64,000 nt of DNA, taken from assembly GCF_033153115.1 (NCBI RefSeq), contig NW_026889795.1:248001-312000 (forward strand). Reading direction: 5' to 3'. Position numbers and translations under genes: made by a program. The notes beneath the pieces were generated by a model. That model had not been told where the DNA came from, did no database searches, and saw only the letters and a list, made by a program, of their open reading frames with translations. This DNA is from Saccostrea echinata (taxonomy: Eukaryota). Shown here one piece after another: positions 1 to 13,076 of the stretch (position 1 is the first letter of the stretch; each line of letters starts with the position of its first letter).

Positions 1-1860
1 GTAGCTTCGCAGCTAGGATAAGACTGTCCGAAGAAATGTCACAGTGTACCAGCCGTAGTAACTTCTCTGAACTACCTAGATATGATGTCATAATAGCATA
101 TGACATAAAGTCACTGCAAACTTGAGGAGACATGACAGGGAAAGTGTCATAACTTTTACAATCCTTTCACATGACATGTAAATTTTTTACATTGATGTTT
201 AATTCTGATGTTTGGATTGTTGTTTTTAGCTTCAATATGCTGTTATGATGCTGCATATTTGCAATATAATATTATTATTTCTTTCTCTTGTCTGATATTT
301 ATGTATTCAAACAATAACAAAAAACTAAATGTGAAATGCTGTCCCTTACATGTCTGTAGACAGAATTAGGATTTATAAATCGTGTATATATTAGACTGGC
401 ACAATTGAATAATAAGAATACATTGAAGATATTTTGTGCGGATCTACTAGAGAATTATATTCTCTAACTGAATTTTGTTGGGGGATTTTATGTAATGTAT
501 CCAAATATGTATAAATTGAGATGAAGAGTGGAAAATGCCCCCTTGTATGTTTGTAAGTTAATTGAATTTCTCGTAAAATATTTTCTAAAGAAGTAAAATT
601 CAGACTTGCTCCCTGCACTTTATATATACCCAAGAATATGTTTAATTGATTTATGTAACAAACCTTTCACAAAAATTTTGTTTTTCGATTGTGTCGATGC
701 AGTTTTTGTTCAACATTTTTAAGAATATTTATAAGTGTCCGTCACATGATCAAAACAGTCATGTGACATCGCGAAAATGCTTTTTATAATACATACCTCA
801 TTAAACTCTCTTTACAAATTGACTATACATGTATAGATAGATTACAAATTGAAATCAAAACAAAGCTCAAAATACAATAGTATATTTCTAATGCATGTCA
901 AGTCATCAGACAGCCTTCTGTAACATAGCTGCATTAAAACTTCACCAGCCTCTGAAGATAGAAAGAGAGATGAGTTTAATTAAGTCACCTGACATCTTTT
1001 AATTTACATTAAAGCTATATATGGGGTATCTGTCAGAGCTAAAAAATAAAAATATGAGATAGAGTGTAGATAAACATGATATATGCTATTTTCATTCAAA
1101 TTAAAATTTTCACTGATTTTGAACTTGAATAACCTCATGTTTCCATAGTTAAATTGATTTTAAACTGTGTCTGTTAATTAAATGCAGAGTCGGGAAATAA
1201 ATTGGTTATTGTTTTAAATTTCTAATATCTTTGAAACATGATTGATTTAAATTGTGTTATTTACAGGAAAGTCCTATCTTTATATAAAGTAATAAAACAA
1301 ATAGAAAGATCTTTTTTAATTTTAGTTAGTCTGAACTTATAAAAAATATGCCATATATGACTTCAATAAAATCATATTACTTACCATCTAAATTAATTAG
1401 AAGGAAAATGTTATACATGTGATGAATTTTCCAAATTTAAAAAAAATGGCATTTCTCAAAAAAGGCTGATAAATCCCCGGGATAGTTCATTATCAGTCCT
1501 TGTAGTTATTGCTCTGCTGTAAGTGATATTGGCCAAAATTCTGGTCGGTACAAGACTATAGTTCCCTCTCTCTCTGGAGAAGATCCCATATGATGATGAC
1601 TATAGCATATAGAATATACATGTAAGTTATTTTATGTTTAATTATGAATCAGTCATCATTTAAATCGACGTACGCGTACATCATGCACACTGTAAATTCA
1701 AATTTTCAGCATTTTCTTCAGAAAATCTTATTTCATGCAAAACATTAAACACATTTAATTAATTTATTTAAATAAACTTTAAAAAACTGCATTTGATATA
1801 CATAGCGAATTGTTAATCTATGTTGCAAAACTGCTACTGTGGAGGAAATAAAGTCTCCAT

Positions 1861-2106
1861 TTATTATACCCCCACTCAGAAGGAGAGGGATATACTGTTT
1901 TACCCTTGTTTGTCTGTCTGTTTGTGTGTTAATTTGTCCATAACAATTTTTCTCACAGTTTTAATTTTTTGATTCTCAGCAAATGCTTGAAATTTTAGCA
2001 CACTCTTTGTTTAGGTATGCCATATAATGGGATTCATGAGAGCTAGTGTATATTCACATTAGAGCAGGGGTATTACTTGTGAGCACTGGCTCACGAACTT
2101 CTTGTT
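1861..2106 (-). mobile_element. Degenerate Helentron-associated (HINE/pearl-like) element
   Basis: A terminal hairpin-like segment, a (TGTC)n-like tract and a CTTGTT end, as in the better-preserved copies elsewhere in the window. Confidence 0.45.
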
Positions 2107-3031
2107 AATCACCTCTAAGACTGAAATTTGCTATCTTTTAAATTTCAGTCAAATTGACATTTTATCTTCTTGCTATATATATATTCAAATTTTTGGTAAG
2201 CATTTTCTCAGAAGTATGTGGAATGTGGTTCTAATCACCTAAGTAATCTGTAAAATCTTTTCTGATTTACATTATAACATGCGATCATGTCCTTATGCCC
2301 CCATTCTGGAGCAAGAAGTCATCGGTTTAATTCAACCAATAGTAGAGGAACAGATTTTTTTTTATGTCATTTCTCTAAATTATGACCTAATCTAAGGGCA
2401 ATTTCCTTAAGCCTATGAAAAAAATCAGAGGCATTTTGCATGAAATCAGAAAATAAATTGTCTTTCTTCTTGCTGAGATGTCAGAAGATGACTTGCAATA
2501 CTGAGGGGAAAGTTTCACATAGCCAATCCTTTTACCTCATAAATGAGGCAATTAAACAGAAAATGAAACAGCAATAATTTTTCTTATTTAATGGTAGATT
2601 CTTGAGAGTTGAGGTAAAGATAGCATGTCATTCATAGCCAGAGTGCAGCCTGCCAGCACAGAGACTGATAGACAGAAAAATCAATTCCCTTTCCTGCCAC
2701 CTGACATTGCATGATTGCACATAAATGAGAAATTAAGAGTTTGATAAATATTCCGTGTTATCTTTCAAACTTGAATTGTCTTCTACAAATGCTAATGTCA
2801 CAAAAGATGAATACAAAATACCAAACTGAGCATAAATTAAGCATAAAAGACTTTGGGTTTTTCTTTTTATTGTATTTAAGATGTCATTAGAAACTTGCAT
2901 GATTTGACTGGTGGTTGGAGAGAAAATCTTAGATTTGATGGACTCACTGTTGTCTACTCTTAGTTCAGCACTTTGGTAAGGCTCGGATCAGAAAGAAAAT
3001 GCCTTTTTTAGCTCCTATGTCTTCAGTGATC

Positions 3032-3143
3032 GGGTTTTATGACCCTATACTATTGATATAGTACATTTTTGGGTTTTATGACCCTATACTATTGGTATAG
3101 TACATTTTTGGGTTTTATGACCCTATACTTTTGATACAGTACA
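3032..3143 (+). repeat. 39-bp tandem repeat, about 3 copies
   Basis: GGGTTTTATGACCCTATACTATTGATATAGTACATTTTT starts at 3032, 3071 and 3110. Confidence 0.9.
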
Positions 3144-4858
3144 ATATTCTTTCATTTCAGCCACTGAAAATTATAGATTGCCTACCTTCGTTCTGATACA
3201 TTTTTCTCTTGCTGTGGTTATCACGAACAGTTTGTGTGTGTGCTCTGAATCCATTTCTTTTTGTTTAGGCTTGATAGATGTCATATTTACTGTCATCAAA
3301 TGAAATAAAGTGTTTTATGATAAGAAGATTGACTTGTAGATCTATAAGTTCCAATACATAACCAATAACAGTCAGTTAAGTCTTTGTTTTGTTATTACTG
3401 GGCAAGTCTTCAATTTTTGTGAGATTCAATTGATTTGCAGTACATGTCAAGTTTCTAAATAGACTGCACATTCAGAATGTTCCTTTGTAACTTTCATATT
3501 TAGAATGGATGAAAGCATATTTTCATGCCATGAATTTTCTCTGTTGTATTAAATTGGAAATATGATTCTCCATATAAAGGTCCTTTTAGTAAAGTAATGA
3601 GATATTATAAATGATTGGTTATAGGACACTGGCCATTTCCTGGGATTTACCTACTGCAGTAATGATGGTAATGTTATTAATCTTAGATATCAAATTGAAA
3701 GGATACACAAACCAATCCTGTATAATTGTTGATTTTTAGGTTAAAAAATGATCTGTGCCTTTAGAAAGATAGTCCAAAACACAAAATTGCCATTTAATTA
3801 AGTATGTAAAAGCACTTGATATCAGTACACTGTATTCTTCTTCTTCTTCCTTTAAAGTGAAGGGCCACTACTGCGGCATTATCTCACTATATTGTATGTA
3901 ACAACAATGTGTAAATTTACTAAGTTTCTTATGTCTATACTGGAAAATAATATAAAAAAGATTTTTGTTTATAATACTGAATGTCACTTAAAATTTTATA
4001 GTTTTAAGCCTAAATAGTAGCATTGACATGTCAAACCAAGTGGGTTTGAGTAACTAACACAACAAAAATGTTCCTAGTCTATACAGAGATTTGTCTTATA
4101 TAGTCATTTACTAAGTGCCTCATCCTTCAAAATTGATAGAACCTGTTTCCAAGGACTAACTGATTATTCTATATAGAATATTCAATCATTTGTAAATGAT
4201 TGGTTGTAGCAAATGTTCTGACTTGTAGACTTGTTGGGAATTTTCAGCTGCTCCTATATGAAAGCATACACATCAGGGTCTGTCAAATTCTTGTCTTATG
4301 AAAGGGGATATATGGCTTATGCAGGCTTCATGGTAGAACTAGAAGCCAAAATGTCACTCGAGTCAAAAGAAGGGAGAAAAAAAGATATGATTTATCAAGA
4401 TTCTTTACTAGACTTTTCCATTTCAAAAATCAATATATGCTTTGCTTCTGTTATTTGTAATATATAAAGAAATGACTTTTTTTTTTAATTTCTCTTCCAG
4501 CTTTTGTTACAACTGAAAAGATAATATTTCTATTGAAGAAAGTCATTATAGAAATTAATATTGGTAATGAGATTGGCTTAGAAGATATACATCCGTATTC
4601 AAGCTAAAATAAAAATAAAAATCGTTAATCATATTAGAGTCCAGTCTAGTTTTAAAGAAAAAAAAGTACTCTGTTCAATGTTATTTGAGGTATTGACTGA
4701 AAAAGGAGTTTATTTTCACAAATGTTATCAAAACTGGAGTTCGAAAATTATTCCAGATCATGACTTTATTTACTCCCATCCTTTGCCTTTCTTTAGTTTA
4801 TAAACTTCAATTGCAAGAGTAAAAAGTTCTCAGTTGAAGTATCTTCAGGCATTTACTA

Positions 4859-5300
4859 CAGTAAAACTTGGTTATAGCAAAGTTCTTTTGACCTGAGAAT
4901 TTACTTTGCTACAGATATAATTCATTATCTGTATAACAAATTCGTAAAAGTATATATAGTGAATTTGAAATATACATGTTTTCTTCTAACTTGGAGTACA
5001 ATCAATGAATGTCCAGGGAAGTATTTAATACAAAATTTACCATGAATAATTAAATTTTCTGATGAATTATAGTAGATAAGAATACATGTGAAAAATAATG
5101 TCAGCTTAATTTTATTTTTGAGATCTTTGAAAATTCGTTATAGATGATGTAAATTTTTATTTTAAACCTTTGCGGGACTCAAAATTAGTTTCCTATAACT
5201 AAAATTTTACAAAAAATTGTTTAAAATTTTGCTGAAGATTCAAAAATAACTTCACTATATCCATAAATTTGCTATATTTGTAACTGAACGAGTTTTACTG
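4859..5300. mobile_element. Tc1/mariner-type MITE
   Basis: TA|CAGTAAAACT...AGTTTTACTG|TA termini. Confidence 0.6.
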
Positions 5301-6671
5301 TATCTTGGTTATAACAATTCATAATGCCCTATTTTCTGTTTAAATATGCCTTTGCAGCACACTGTTAAAGCAATAAATAAATAGTATATGGGATAATAGA
5401 TTAACATGGGTGTATCCAGCAGAGAGGCTGCATGCACCCTACCCTCAACCCCTTATTATACTGAGGGGCTTAAAACTCATATTAAGCTTTTACTGTTCAA
5501 ATCAATCCTGGCATCTGTCTGCCAGCCATCATTTATAAACCTTTAGTTTTATTTTCACCATAGCCTCAAGATCCATTTCAACCAATTTGTCAAAATGCAC
5601 CATTGTCAACTTTACATATCCTTTTCAAAAGGGAGATAACTTTAAAAATGTTAGTAGTGTTTGTTTGTTTAACGTCCCTTTCGAGACTTTTTCACCTATA
5701 TGGAGACGCTACCACATGTCAGTGGAGGGCTGTAAATTTAGACCTATACTTGGCACTCGGGATCATTGAGCAGTGGAAGGGGTTGGGGGTTGGGGGGGGG
5801 GGGGGGGGTTGGGGGTTACATATATGGTTCTGCAGATCAGGACGGGCAGGGTATGCAACATAGTATACCCCTCAGAGCCAAGATGAGAAAAATATAATGT
5901 CAAAAGTTTTGCACAGTATTTGTAAAATTTCAAAAGAAATCATTTAGGTCCATTTTTTAGGAACAGTCCAATGAGAAAAAATAAGCAGGCATAAGTTATT
6001 AAAAGTTAAAATTGTAAAATCATGACCCCTATATTAAGATTGGGGACACATCAGTTGTTCTCATTGCATTATTAATTATCATAAGATTATAACAATGTGG
6101 TACAAAGAACATTCTTTTAACCAAAGGGCCTCTTGTTTAATGTATTGATTTGGTGAAGGAAGTATGGAATAACTTTGAATCCATAGGAAAGGTGTTCTAT
6201 ATATTAGCATTACTATGTCCCAGATACTGATGTAATTTGCTAATGAATAATTAAAACATTAAATACAAACATATTTGATGTAGCATACATTTCAGTCAAG
6301 TTGTAATTTCAAACAAGCAGTGAAAGATTCTTTTGTGTTTTTGTTTGTCAAGTCCTAACAAGGTGTGGCTGTAAACTGATCACTACATACAAACATCAAC
6401 ACACTCTTTCAGCATAAATACATTACTATTAAGTTTAAAGTAGTCTAATTCTGATAAATACCTATTTTTATAAGGTTTAATAATGCAATATGATCAGACC
6501 TCCACAATATAACTTATCCAGGCCAATTCTTTTACTGTAAACAATTCCTGAACAGAATAGTCCCTTAAGCTGACAGGATTAATAACCAATAAAACCAATT
6601 TACAGTAAACGTTCCTAAGCCATTACTTAATATCTTTTAAAAGCTTTATCATTTGTCACTTGTTTTAATAG

Positions 6672-9600
6672 CTACATGGGTAGGAGGGGGATTTATCAAT
6701 GGAACAGCTGAATACATATTCAAGGATGGCCTGGTGTGGTGTCAAGCTCCTTTTGGATATGCCTTAAGCTTAGTGTTTGGTAAGTAATGTGTCAATCTGG
6801 ATATTCCTTAAGCTAAGTGTTTGGTAAGTAGATCTGGATATGCCTTAAGCTTAGTGTTTGTTTAGTAAATGTGTAAATCTGGATATGCTTTAAGCATAGT
6901 GTTTGGTAAGTAAATCTGGATATGCCTTAAGCTTAGTGTTTGGTAAGTATTAAATCTGGATATGCCTTAAGCTTAGTGTTTGTTTAGTAAATGTGTAAAT
7001 CTGGATATGCTTTAAGCATAGTGTTTGGTAAGTAAATCTGGATATGCCTTAAGCTTAGTGTTTGGTAAGTTAATCTGGATATGCCTTAAGCTTAGTGTTT
7101 GGTAAGTAATGTGTAAATCTGGAAATGCCTTAAGGTCAAGATCTAGTAAATGACTTTCGACTCTCTTTTTGGTGCTAGATCCATTATGACGTCATACTAT
7201 TTCAATTTCTTTTTCCCGTACTTTATGGCTCTAATAGAATTATGTAGAATATAAAAGTATTTTCATGGAATTCAATTTGAAACATTATGAAAAGTAATCC
7301 TGGTACCTATATTCAGTTTAATATTATTTCATGGTTTTCTGAGAGACTGTAGGCAATCTGGATACATTTCCTTTGTCTGATATGGAAAAAAACTCCCATA
7401 TTCATGACTGGTTTTCTTAATTTTTCATTGAAAATGACAGTTTAAAATATGATTTTTCGTCTTGTTTGGCCACAAATTATGCCCTGAAACACCTTATTTG
7501 ACCAAGCAAAGGTTATAAAGCATCATTAAAGGAATTTATTTCTCAAATTTGAGAAATCTGTAGGCACATTTCATTTACTAGATCTTGACCTTAAGCATAG
7601 TGTTTGGTAAGTAAATGTGTAAATCTGGATATGCCTGAAGCTTAGTGTTTGGTAAGTAAATCTGGATATGCCTTTAGCTTAGTGTTTGGTAAGTAAATCT
7701 GGATAAGCTTTAAGCTTAGTGTTTGGTAAGTAAATGTGTCAATCTGGATATGCCTTAAGCTTGGTGTTTGTTAAGTAATGTGTAAATCTGGAAATGCCTT
7801 AAGCTTAGTATTTGGTAAGTAAATGTGTAAATCTGGGTATGCCTAAAGATTAGTGTTTGGTAAGTAAATGTGTCAATCTGGATATGCCTTAAGCTTAGTG
7901 TTTGGTAAGTAATGTGTAAATCTGGAAATGCCTTAAGCTTAGTGTTTGGTAAGTAATGTGTAAATCTGGAAATGCCTTAAGCTTAGTGTTTGGTAAGTAA
8001 ATGTGTAAATCTGGGTTTGTCTAAAGATTAGTGTTTGGTAAGTAAATGTGTCAATCTGGATATGCCTTAAGCTTAGTATTTGGTAAGTACTTATCCAGAT
8101 TTACACATTTACTTACCAAGCTTAAGGCACACCCAGATTGACACAATTATTTAGTATTTAATGTGTAAATCTGGATATGCTTTAAGCATAGCGTTTGGTA
8201 AGTAAATCTGGATATGCTTTAAGCTCATTGTTAAGTAAGTAAATCTGGATAAGCTTTAAGCTTAGTGTTTGGTAAGTAATGTGTAAATCTGGATATGCCT
8301 TAAGCTTAGTGTTTGGTAAGTAAATCTGGATATGCTTTAAGCTTAGTGTTTGATAAGTAAATGTGTAAATCTGGATATGCCTTAAGCTAAGTGTTTGTTA
8401 AGTAATGTGTAAATCTAAATGTGCCTTAAGCTCAGTGTTTGGTAAGTAAATGTGTAAATCTAGATATGCCTTAAGCATATTTACTGTTATTATACTTTCA
8501 TGTTAAATACTAAAATCTGATTGGTTTAAACACATTTAACAATCCGTAATATTACCCTCAGCGTTAGCAACACACTTGACAACGGGAAACATTACGAAAA
8601 TATCACATGCGTTCAAATCATGCGCGTACGGTTCACCGTAGAATTCTCAAAACGTCGGTTGTGCGTTTGAAAGAAGCCGAATAAACGACGTCAATTAAAG
8701 CTTGCGTCCGATGTAGCTTACTTGAAAAAGACAAACGACAGACGAAACAACCTTGCGAGTGCAAACTTTAGGTGATAAAGGACTTTTCGAGTAGCAAACA
8801 AATAATAAAGAGGTTGGTAAATCTTTTACGACTAAGCTTTCCTATTGAGAAAAATAGAAGCGGGGAGTTTGAAAGCTTTCTAAGCGTGAAGATAACGACG
8901 ATCTCCGAATTTTTTAATGACATCCAAAATCAATAAGACATTCAGTATAATAAAATAAATAGTGCACGTTTTTGAGGGTAACAGTTGAAATTGACACCCC
9001 TCGGAAAACCATTGTCAACCTCCTCTGACGCGTCGGTTGACAATCGTTTTCCTTGGGGTGTCAATTTCAACTGTTACCCTCAAAAACGTGCACTATTTAT
9101 ATAATAATAACAATTAAATTTCAAAGGTTATAAAAATGAAGTGCAAATTTCTTTATAAATGGAAAGTGTTTGTACTCATTTCAAAATTCCACACACTTCA
9201 TCTTGTCTCCATTTCTTAAAGGTGGTCTATTTTTTGCTGAGAAGATGAGAACGGAGGGTTATGTGACAATGCTGGACCCCTTCCAAGAGAAGTATGGACA
9301 AAGGATGGGGGGTCTCTTATACATTCCTGCCCTCCTCGGTGAGGTGTTTTGGACAGCAGCCATTCTAGCTGCTCTTGGTGGGTAAAATATGAAATACATG
9401 CAGTTTTGAAATTAATGTCCATGAAGATGAATTCTTTTATTCTAGTATGTTTTTCAAAAATATTTTACAATTTCAGTTTTATTTCAGCATCTGCTATTAC
9501 CTTTCTGTACAAAGTAATTTAAATTTTTTGATGAATGAAATGCAATATACACCTTCAAGCAATAAGTCTGGATGTTAATGTTCCATGCCAGCGTTACTGT

Positions 9601-12600
9601 ACATAAGGCGGAAATTTTAGCGAGGATTCAATTTGGCATTTTTTGCGAGGATGTTGAGATATCGCTAAAATTTAATATTGCTAACAATTTATTCCGCATT
9701 AGAGGTTACTGTTATCTTTCTATGCACCATAAAATTGCTAAAATTACTTCTCGCTAAATTTGCATCTCTCTTAAAATTCCACGTATATGGTAATTTGATT
9801 GTTTCAGGTGCTACGATCTCTGTTATTATTGACAGTGATGTAAAGACGTCCATTATTGTGTCTGCCTGTATTGCCGTATTCTACACCTTGTTTGGTGGAC
9901 TGTATTCTGTTGCCTACACAGACGTTGTACAGCTCTTCTGTATATTCTTTGGTCTGGTAAGGCATATTATCTAGGGTTTAAAGGGAGGAGAAAAAGGAAG
10001 TCAAATACAATGAAATTTAAATGGGCAAAAAATATCTTCACACTAATATAAATCACAGGTAAATACATTTAGTGTAGACACAGATATAGCTTATTCACAG
10101 CTATAGCAAAGTTTTTTGGATCCCCTGCAAAGTTCTTACCAGTAGCATTTCCTTGTAAAATTGAACAGTTATATGTACACTGATACAGCAAGATTACTGA
10201 TAAAGTGAACTGATTGTGTCCTGTAGAGATTAAGAATAATGAAATTTACATCTTTTATAACAAATTTTCAAAGGTTGTAAAATTTAATTTTTGATCTGGC
10301 ATTATTTTTTTGTAAAATATTTATATTTGAAATTCAACTCATCCAAAATCTTTAGTATTCCAAGATAAGTTTTATATATAAGGATTCCCAGAATATATTT
10401 AAGTCAGACTGTAGATTCCCAAATATTTGCAGGAAATTAATTATCACCTAATTTCACGAGAAGCACCACTCGTGAAATAAAATTACCTGCTTTTATTTTT
10501 AGTGCTGAAATGCTTGTAAAATCTCTAGAGCAAACGTCTACTTGCAAATTATTGTTCTCGCGATTTGACATCTAAGGGCCATTTCGCAATAATAAGTATT
10601 CGTATAAAATAAGAAATCTACAGTACTTGAAGGAAAATATCTATATTGCAAATTTACTACATACATGTGTTTACTTAAATGAATTTGTTATTTGGATATA
10701 ATGAATTATGGATATAGCAAGGTCCCAAGGATTTCACTGTGAGTTTTACTGCATATATAAGTTCCTTTCTGCGTTGCCTTTGAAAACTCAAATGTGAATG
10801 CATTTTCTAGTACAATTTTGTATTGGTTCTGTAAATATTTGGTCTTTTCCAGTGGATAACCATTCCATTTGCCATGACTAACGAACATGTAGGAGACATT
10901 GCTGTTAATGCATCCTCCTTATGGATCAAATCCATTGACTCTCAATACACGGGGGTGTACATCGATGGCATGCTGCTGCTGATTTTTGGGGGAATCCCCT
11001 GGCAAGTCTATTTCCAGAGAGTTTTGTCTGCCAAGTCGGCATTCAATGCCAAAATCCTGTCCTATGTGGCAGGGGTGGGCTGTATTGTGATGGCCATCCC
11101 CTCAGTCCTGATTGGTGCTATAGCAACAACTACAGGTATAACACTGCTTCTTCTACAGAAAATTATAAGCGAAAATAAAACGGGGTCAAAAATTTCCCTG
11201 TATACAGTAATGAAAATCTATGCACTTTTACTTTTTTTTTTTGTATTGACATGAATGACATTTTGGTCTGAATCCTTGTTGAGCAAAATATGGAGCATAA
11301 TTGTACTTGCATAGAGTTTAAATGTTTTGACTTTTTAATTAGTTTTTCGTTTCTGAAGTACAGTATTCAATGATAAACTATCACTCTTCTAATTTTTGTG
11401 TACAAATTTAATTTCATTATAGACTGGAACAGTACTGACTATACCCTTAAGGATCATCGAGAGTTCCCCATCCCCCCAGAGAACATGAATCTGATCCTCC
11501 CTATGGTAATGCAGTATTTGACGCCCACCTGGGTGGCATTCTTTGGTCTGGGGGCGGTGTCTGCAGCTGTGATGTCATCAGCAGACTCCTCCATTCTGTC
11601 TGCCAGCTCCATGTTTGCCAGAAACATTTACAAATTATTATTTAGACAACAGGTAAAAGCAGTATTCTGCAGAAAAATGTGTGCTCATGTTTAGTTGTTC
11701 ACATCTAAAGTTCAAATGATTTTAAAATATGAAATGTGAAAAAAAATAAATTGGTCGCCTGAGTCTTTAAGGTAACCTATTGCTATACTTTCTTGTTCAT
11801 CATTTTGTGGTATGTGAATATGACCCAAGATCTGACACAGCAATGATACAAGATATTTTTGACAAGGTCAAGGTCATTTGGAAGAAAATTATTTTGTTTT
11901 AAGTAACAGAGAAATATAAAAAATTTGTTGCTTCAAAAAGAAAAAAGAATTTTTTGTTTGACCCAGTAGTTTTTAGCAGAGCAAAATGAGGAGCTTGTGT
12001 ATGATAAATGGTGCATATCTTAGTTACCTTTCTAAAGAATATACAGTGAAATCACAAATTTTTGTGGGGGCTTAATATTCGTTGTTTTCATTGTATGAAG
12101 AGACCCACGAATTCATGTCCTTCACAAATAGTTAAAATGTGTAATCAAGACAATGAGACATTTCTTCAAACATGAAATCTAATCCCCACAAACCAAAATT
12201 TTTTTCTCAAACCATCAAAATTAGAATCTGTGAAAATAAGTGATTTTACAGTATTAGTAATAGTAAAACTACAAATGTTATAAGATATGAGTTTTGGTTA
12301 CCAAAATCACTTTGAATTTTAAGACAGCAGTACTGAACTGAATACTTATTCACAAAATTTTATGAGTTACATGAAAACTTAGGATTGTATGTATTTATGC
12401 GTAAATTATTTTGATTTTTCAGGCATCAGAACAAGAGATTGTGAATGTGATGCGGGTGGGTATATTTGGAGTGGGTATCCTAGCAACAATAATGGCCATC
12501 ATGGTGGATTCTATCTACATGCTGTGGTACCTCTGTTCTGATCTTGTGTACGTCATTCTGTTTCCGCAGCTTGTCAGTGTCGTCTATCTGAAAGGCACCA

Positions 12601-13076
12601 ACACCTACGGATCTTTAGGAGGGTTCATTATTGGCTGGTTCTTCCGCTTAATGGGAGGAGAAAGCAGCATGAAAATTCCAGCTGTCATAAAGTACCCCTG
12701 GTACGATGAGGCCAGTGGGACACAGCTGTTTCCATATAAAACCTTCTGTATGCTTCTGTCCTTTGCATCCATAATCCTCATCTCCTACCCTGCAAAATAC
12801 ATGTTTGAACGAGGAATGATCCCCCCTAAATATGATGTATTTATGTGCATTGTTAATTTTCCGGAAGAGAGTATAGCGCTAGCATCCAGTAAAATGTCGG
12901 AACTGACCGCTGTGACTCCTACAGAGGTGAATGGAAAAATCAACCCAGCTCTCAAATTTTCACAAGATGACTTGCTTGCTGTTGAGAAGCAGTATGGAAG
13001 GAAAGAAAATGGAGATACGGAACATGCCAAGTTCCTAACACCAGATGATGCTCTCCATCAAAAAGAATCTCCATAG
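6672..13076 (+). CDS. SLC5A7: High-affinity choline transporter 1 (sodium:solute symporter family), 5'-partial; exons 6672-6779, 9222-9377, 9808-9956, 10853-11135, 11423-11652, 12423-13076
   Basis: All junctions are GT-AG with consistent phases. The spliced translation has CHT1-type segments: [100 protein letters not shown]. The exon carrying the start codon was not found and probably lies upstream of the window. Confidence 0.95.
6755..8477 (+). repeat. Minisatellite (units of ~36-37 and ~44-45 bp, about 28 units) derived from the SLC5A7 exon 3' end plus its splice donor
   Basis: Unit GGATATGCCTTAAGCTTAGTGTTTG|GTAAGTAA(ATGTGTAA)ATCT. The first copy is the real exon end and donor. Confidence 0.95.
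7134..7590. mobile_element. Non-autonomous TIR element, Kolobok-like
   Basis: Perfect 20-bp TIR GGTCAAGATCTAGTAAATGA with TTAA on both sides (7130-7133, 7591-7594) and RR..YY termini. Confidence 0.85.
8955..9100. repeat. Long inverted repeat (hairpin)
   Basis: 8955-9000 is the exact reverse complement of 9055-9100 (46 bp), with further imperfect inner pairing. Confidence 0.9.
10409..10623. mobile_element. Short Tc1/mariner-like MITE
   Basis: CTGTAGATT...AATCTACAG|TA termini; similar ~200-bp elements occur near 12044-12251 and 15847-16045. Confidence 0.55.

Noticed and set aside
1-6671. First coding exon of SLC5A7
   Set aside because: No segment encoding the expected N-terminal helix or GRxIG motif was found by eye, so the region is treated as intron.
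6755-8477. CRISPR-like array
   Set aside because: Units are contiguous with no unique spacers, the context is a eukaryotic intron, and there are no cas genes.
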